A DNA stretch of 19,898 bases, from NCBI GenBank assembly GCA_044356295.1, contig JBIKWN010000046.1, positions 1-19,898 on the forward strand. The letters are read 5' to 3'. Each line of letters begins with the position of its first letter. The first letter of the stretch is position 1. A program made the translations under genes and the position numbers. A model generated the notes under the pieces. That model ran no database searches and was not told where the DNA came from. It saw nothing but the letters and a program-made list of their open reading frames with translations. This DNA comes from Bdellovibrionota bacterium (GTDB lineage Bacteria > Bdellovibrionota_C > UBA2361 > JBIKWN01). Below, one piece after another: positions 16,302 through 19,898 of the stretch.

Positions 16302-16751
16302 ATGGATGCTAGCTTAATAAATAGAATCATTAATGCAGTACTTAACTCTACTTCTTCCCTACTTGGAGTAAAGCCCCTAATAGGAAAACCATGTGTAAAA
16401 AAAGATTTTGGGTGTGAAGATCTAAACTGCCTCATCCCGATATCCGTAAGTTCCATAATAGCAGGTTACATATGTATCAGTCTCGATAGACGGTCAATTG
16501 AAAAGGTTAAAAAACTCTTAAAACAAGAATCAGAAATAGTTGCGATTAAAAAATTAGCAGGATTAGTTATCGAAGATATCAAAGATATTATCGACCTAAA
16601 TAATAAATATAACAAAGAGGAAGGACCCTTGATTGTCACAAAAGGGCAAGGTTTACCCATTGAAAAATTCGAAGGGCACACAATTTCTATGCCTATGCAT
16701 AACAATGATTTTGAGTTAAAACTAGAAATAAATTTGTATTCAATAAATTGA
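16302..16751 (+). CDS. CheX-like protein lacking the catalytic E-x-x-N motif
   Basis: MDASLINRIINAVLN...GVKPLIGKPCVKK and PLIVTKG...ISMPM...LEINL follow the CheX pattern; AIKKLAGLV replaces the usual AVGELxNMI. Confidence 0.65.
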   Translation: MDASLINRIINAVLNSTSSLLGVKPLIGKPCVKKDFGCEDLNCLIPISVSSIIAGYICISLDRRSIEKVKKLLKQESEIVAIKKLAGLVIEDIKDIIDLNNKYNKEEGPLIVTKGQGLPIEKFEGHTISMPMHNNDFELKLEINLYSIN

Positions 16752-16770
16752 CTACCAAAGTCTGCAAACG

Positions 16771-18267
16771 ATGGAAGCTGATAATATAAAAGAGCTTAAA
16801 TCAGTTTATAAAAAAGATCATGAAAAATTTGTCCTTGAGCTAAAGGTTACGCCAGACAAAATGAAAATGTTCTTAGATTTAGTTCCTCACTTAACACCAG
16901 TAGTATTTTTTGATGATATAATGAATATTTTAACTGGAGCATTTCCAACGACTGTCTTTGATAAGCGTGTAGTGTCTGATGTTGTAAGTCTTATAGGCCT
17001 TGGAAAACCTATCCTTAATAGACGTGTATCAGTAGGTACAGAGCCTACTAATGGGAGTGATGGAAAGATTCTTCTATTGGTAAGACCCTATAATGGCGTC
17101 GGCGAGCAAGATCAGAGAGAAGATATCAAATTCTCTTTCAGCCAAGTGCATTTATTTGACAATATATCCGAGGAAAGAGTAGTAGCCAGGTTATATCCAC
17201 CAAAAGCAGGCAAAGATGGCCTGGATGTCCTTGGGAATATAATTAAACCCAAGGCAGTAAATACCGTAAAAATATCTTTAGATAAATCATTAGTTATACA
17301 GCCATCAAACAATACCGATGATTCTGAAAGTTCTTTTGAAAATGTAATTGCAAAGCAATCTGGACTACTGATTAATGAAAGTAGTCAGTTAAAAATATCA
17401 GAGGATTTAACTATAAAAGGAAATGTAGATTATCATACAGGAGATATAGATTTCATAGGTCGTATTATAGTTAATGGAAATATTCAACCAGGCTTTAAAG
17501 TAAAAGGATCAAAAGGGATTCTAATTAAAGGAGACTGTCAAAAAGCAGTATTAGATTCGCAAGATGGTGATATCGAAATAAAAGGCTTCTGTGTCGAATC
17601 CGAGATAACCGCAGCAAAAAACGTGAATCTTAATATCGTTCACCAATCAAAAATAAGAGCCGGTGGTCTTTTGAGTATCAATAAGGAATGTATAGATTCC
17701 ACCCTCAGAACGGAAAAATATGTTAAATGTACCCAGGGTAGAATCATAGGCGGCCATCTATTTACTGTGTTTGGTTTAGAAGTAAAGGAACTTGGGGGTG
17801 AAGCTCAAAATACAACTGATGTTATCTTCGGATCTATTCCTGAAATTCACGAAGACTTTTCTCTGCTGGTAAGCAAAATTAAAAGTTACAAAGAAGTTAA
17901 CAATTTAATTAGCTTACAGTTAGGTCCATATGCGAAGAATCCCCAGCGATTAACACTTCTTAATGCAGGACTGAGAGTTAAAATGGAGAAGCTTTACCAA
18001 AAGGGGAAAGATATCTTAGAAAAAATGAATAAACTAGAATCAGAACAAAATGAGATCATTTCTAGCTCACTCCTTGAAAATGATTGTATTTGTAATGTGA
18101 AAGGAAAATTATTTGGTGGTGTCGAATTTATATGCCGTGGGGAAAGAATGAGCATAAAAGATGTAATACAAGGACCAGTAGGTATTCAGTACAACCAAGA
18201 TGAAAAGAAATTCGTTCAGACTACAGCCAAAGAAATAAAATGTCCTATCGAATCAATAAGAAAATAA
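16771..18267 (+). CDS. FapA family (DUF342) flagellar assembly protein A-like protein
   Basis: GTEPTNGSDG, GKDGLDVLGNII, GNVDYHTGDIDFIGRIIVNGNIQPGFKVKG beta-solenoid, GRIIGG, C-terminal coiled coil. Confidence 0.9.
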   Translation: MEADNIKELKSVYKKDHEKFVLELKVTPDKMKMFLDLVPHLTPVVFFDDIMNILTGAFPTTVFDKRVVSDVVSLIGLGKPILNRRVSVGTEPTNGSDGKILLLVRPYNGVGEQDQREDIKFSFSQVHLFDNISEERVVARLYPPKAGKDGLDVLGNIIKPKAVNTVKISLDKSLVIQPSNNTDDSESSFENVIAKQSGLLINESSQLKISEDLTIKGNVDYHTGDIDFIGRIIVNGNIQPGFKVKGSKGILIKGDCQKAVLDSQDGDIEIKGFCVESEITAAKNVNLNIVHQSKIRAGGLLSINKECIDSTLRTEKYVKCTQGRIIGGHLFTVFGLEVKELGGEAQNTTDVIFGSIPEIHEDFSLLVSKIKSYKEVNNLISLQLGPYAKNPQRLTLLNAGLRVKMEKLYQKGKDILEKMNKLESEQNEIISSSLLENDCICNVKGKLFGGVEFICRGERMSIKDVIQGPVGIQYNQDEKKFVQTTAKEIKCPIESIRK

Positions 18268-18289
18268 TCAAAAAATAAATAGGAGACTT

Positions 18290-18745
18290 ATGACTAAAAT
18301 GAATGTTTTTATTGATACAGCAATGCTTTACACAAGTATTAGCTCATTAACCCTCAAGAAAGCGCCAATCGCATCTATCGAACAAAATACTTCCAGTGTG
18401 ATGAAGTTAATGTCTTCTATAGGTGCACAGTGTGTTATAATTACTGATGAACATGGGAGTATAGAAGGAATATTTTCTGAGTCAGATTTCTTTAAAAGGT
18501 GCTTAGCAGACAGCACGTACGAACCAACTGCGCCTATCTCGCAGTATATGACCAAAAATCCTGTTAGTGTAGATGGAGACTGTACAATTGCCTATGCAAT
18601 GATGCTTATGTCAGAAGGAAAATTTCGACATCTTCCTGTAAAAGATGATAGTACTAATGTGCTTTATCTTATCTCAATCACAGACATATTGGATTTATTA
18701 GTTCTTCAGTTTCATGAGAAATTAATGAAATTTGAATGTGTATAG
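18290..18745 (+). CDS. Stand-alone CBS-pair protein
   Basis: GIFSESD, YMTKNPVSV, MSEGKFRHLPV; SD AGGAG. Confidence 0.92.
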   Translation: MTKMNVFIDTAMLYTSISSLTLKKAPIASIEQNTSSVMKLMSSIGAQCVIITDEHGSIEGIFSESDFFKRCLADSTYEPTAPISQYMTKNPVSVDGDCTIAYAMMLMSEGKFRHLPVKDDSTNVLYLISITDILDLLVLQFHEKLMKFECV

Positions 18746-18764
18746 CGAATATATGCATCAATAT

Positions 18765-18783
18765 AATTGTAAATTTTACAATT
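18765..18783. promoter_or_regulatory. Perfect palindrome, candidate regulator binding site
   Basis: AATTGTAAA-T-TTTACAATT, containing the same TGTA-N5-TACA core as 16185-16197. Confidence 0.5.
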
Positions 18784-18881
18784 TAATAAAAATTACCACA
18801 TTTAAATATATCTTCATCTAAAATACTAATTATAATTCTAGTATTGGTCGAGACTATATCTTAATTTGATATGCATTTTTA

Positions 18882-19898
18882 ATGATGAATACGCCGAACG
18901 AGATATATGAATCATCCTCTTATGAGAATGCGTTCAAATTAGTAGACTCATATGGAAGAGTTCCACAAATATTCCCTCTAACGATCAAAGCACTAATTTA
19001 CGATTCGATTAGATTCAGATCAAAGGTTCCTTCTACTCCTGTTGATTATTTATTCTGCAGGCTCGCAAAATCCCCAACGCTTAAAGTCACATTATTCAAA
19101 GCATTTTTAACTTTTTTCGAAGAACAAATTTCGAATGCTCATTGTATGACGCTAAGAGAAATAGCAGGGAATTTCTATCAAGATGAACTTGCAATGATAA
19201 TTGCATCTAAATATTACTACTCTATAGTAGCTAAAAAACTAAACTCTGAGCAAAAAAAAGTCTTTAATAAATTTATTGCTCCTCAGTGCGACTTAGGTGG
19301 CATTATCGGGTCTGCAATACCTGAGATATCCATAGGTGCTGGCATTCTTCTTGGTTCATTTTTGCCGATGGCTCATATGTTACTCGCCTTAGAGGTAGCT
19401 AACATAAAGCATCAAGATCCTTTTGAGGTCTTACAATATGAAGAAAAGATATTCGAACAAATACTTGGTACAAATAAATTATGTATGATAGTTGCCATGC
19501 TTCAGCGTATTGGAATTGGAATAGTTTGGGCCAATAGTTTTAACAATGTCTATCATATTTTCTTTAAGCACGATAAGTTGCTTCATCATCATATGGATCC
19601 AAAGTCACTTGAATCTCGGATATTAAGTGCACAGATATGGATTGATTCATTAAATAATAATTGCCAAGTTCCAAAAATCGAACTACCTGCATCTTTCCAC
19701 CCACAAAAGGGATTGCTATTTAAACTCTTGTACCAAGCAGAACGTATTACATCAGATGGCACACTACATAATTGGATCGATAGTTCACGTAGTGATATTG
19801 AAAGTATAAGTAAATCTCTTGTATTTCGGGAGTATATAAGCGAGTCGCGTTCTATTGCACAGGTTAGTGCTGAATTCAGCTCTGAACTTTCACCTGAA
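18882..19898 (+). CDS. Partial ORF of at least 339 aa, degenerate HDOD-domain-like protein (not in ORF track, runs off the window)
   Basis: Open from ATG18882 to the window end: MMNTPNEIY...VPQIFPLTIKAL...RLAKSPTLKVTLFKA...TLREIAG...AGILLGSFLPMAHMLL...EQILGTNKL. Motif spacing resembles HDOD, but the HD residues are absent. Confidence 0.7.
   Translation, partial: MMNTPNEIYESSSYENAFKLVDSYGRVPQIFPLTIKALIYDSIRFRSKVPSTPVDYLFCRLAKSPTLKVTLFKAFLTFFEEQISNAHCMTLREIAGNFYQDELAMIIASKYYYSIVAKKLNSEQKKVFNKFIAPQCDLGGIIGSAIPEISIGAGILLGSFLPMAHMLLALEVANIKHQDPFEVLQYEEKIFEQILGTNKLCMIVAMLQRIGIGIVWANSFNNVYHIFFKHDKLLHHHMDPKSLESRILSAQIWIDSLNNNCQVPKIELPASFHPQKGLLFKLLYQAERITSDGTLHNWIDSSRSDIESISKSLVFREYISESRSIAQVSAEFSSELSPE

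Noticed and set aside
464..18555. Short ORF-track entries overlapping larger genes (e.g. 464-730, 943-1194, 3703-3900, 4337-4534, 5924-6145, 9452-9751, 13647-13844, 15679-15885, 18328-18555)
   Set aside because: Antisense or alternate-frame shadows of well-supported genes, with no recognisable motifs.
18784..18881. Third sigma-54 promoter before the HDOD-like ORF
   Set aside because: TGGTCG at about 18845 lacks GC at the required spacing; no convincing GG-N10-GC was found.
13078..19898. Intact prophage or ICE at tRNA-His
   Set aside because: No integrase, structural or conjugation genes, and no duplicated tRNA 3' end within the window.

Overview
AT-rich bacterial chromosome segment; the gene mix suggests a Bdellovibrionota/deltaproteobacterial-type lineage, but this is an unverified inference. 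Bases 1-13077 look like core genome: a WrbA-like flavodoxin gene with two 5' frameshifts, a secreted protein, a lipoprotein, an SMR transporter, two hybrid histidine kinases, dcd, rpsT, an OmpA-domain protein, a MerR-like HTH protein, pyk, two hypotheticals, dprA and tRNA-His(GTG). Directly after the tRNA begins an island-like, more AT-rich region. It opens with hairpin direct repeats and a start-less, truncated dinD joined tail-to-tail to an IS91-family transposase fragment that the ORF track misses. A self-contained sigma-54 module follows: an enhancer-binding protein between two -24/-12 promoters with recurring TGTA-N5-TACA palindromes, plus a pseudo-receiver, a catalytically dead-looking CheX, FapA (DUF342), a CBS-pair protein and a degenerate HDOD-like ORF that runs off the window. 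Four signalling domains in this module appear to lack their phospho/catalytic residues, which is the most interesting feature. Other patterns: REP-like mirrored palindromes, a perfect 30-bp palindrome inside dinD, and several apparently leaderless or near-leaderless genes.
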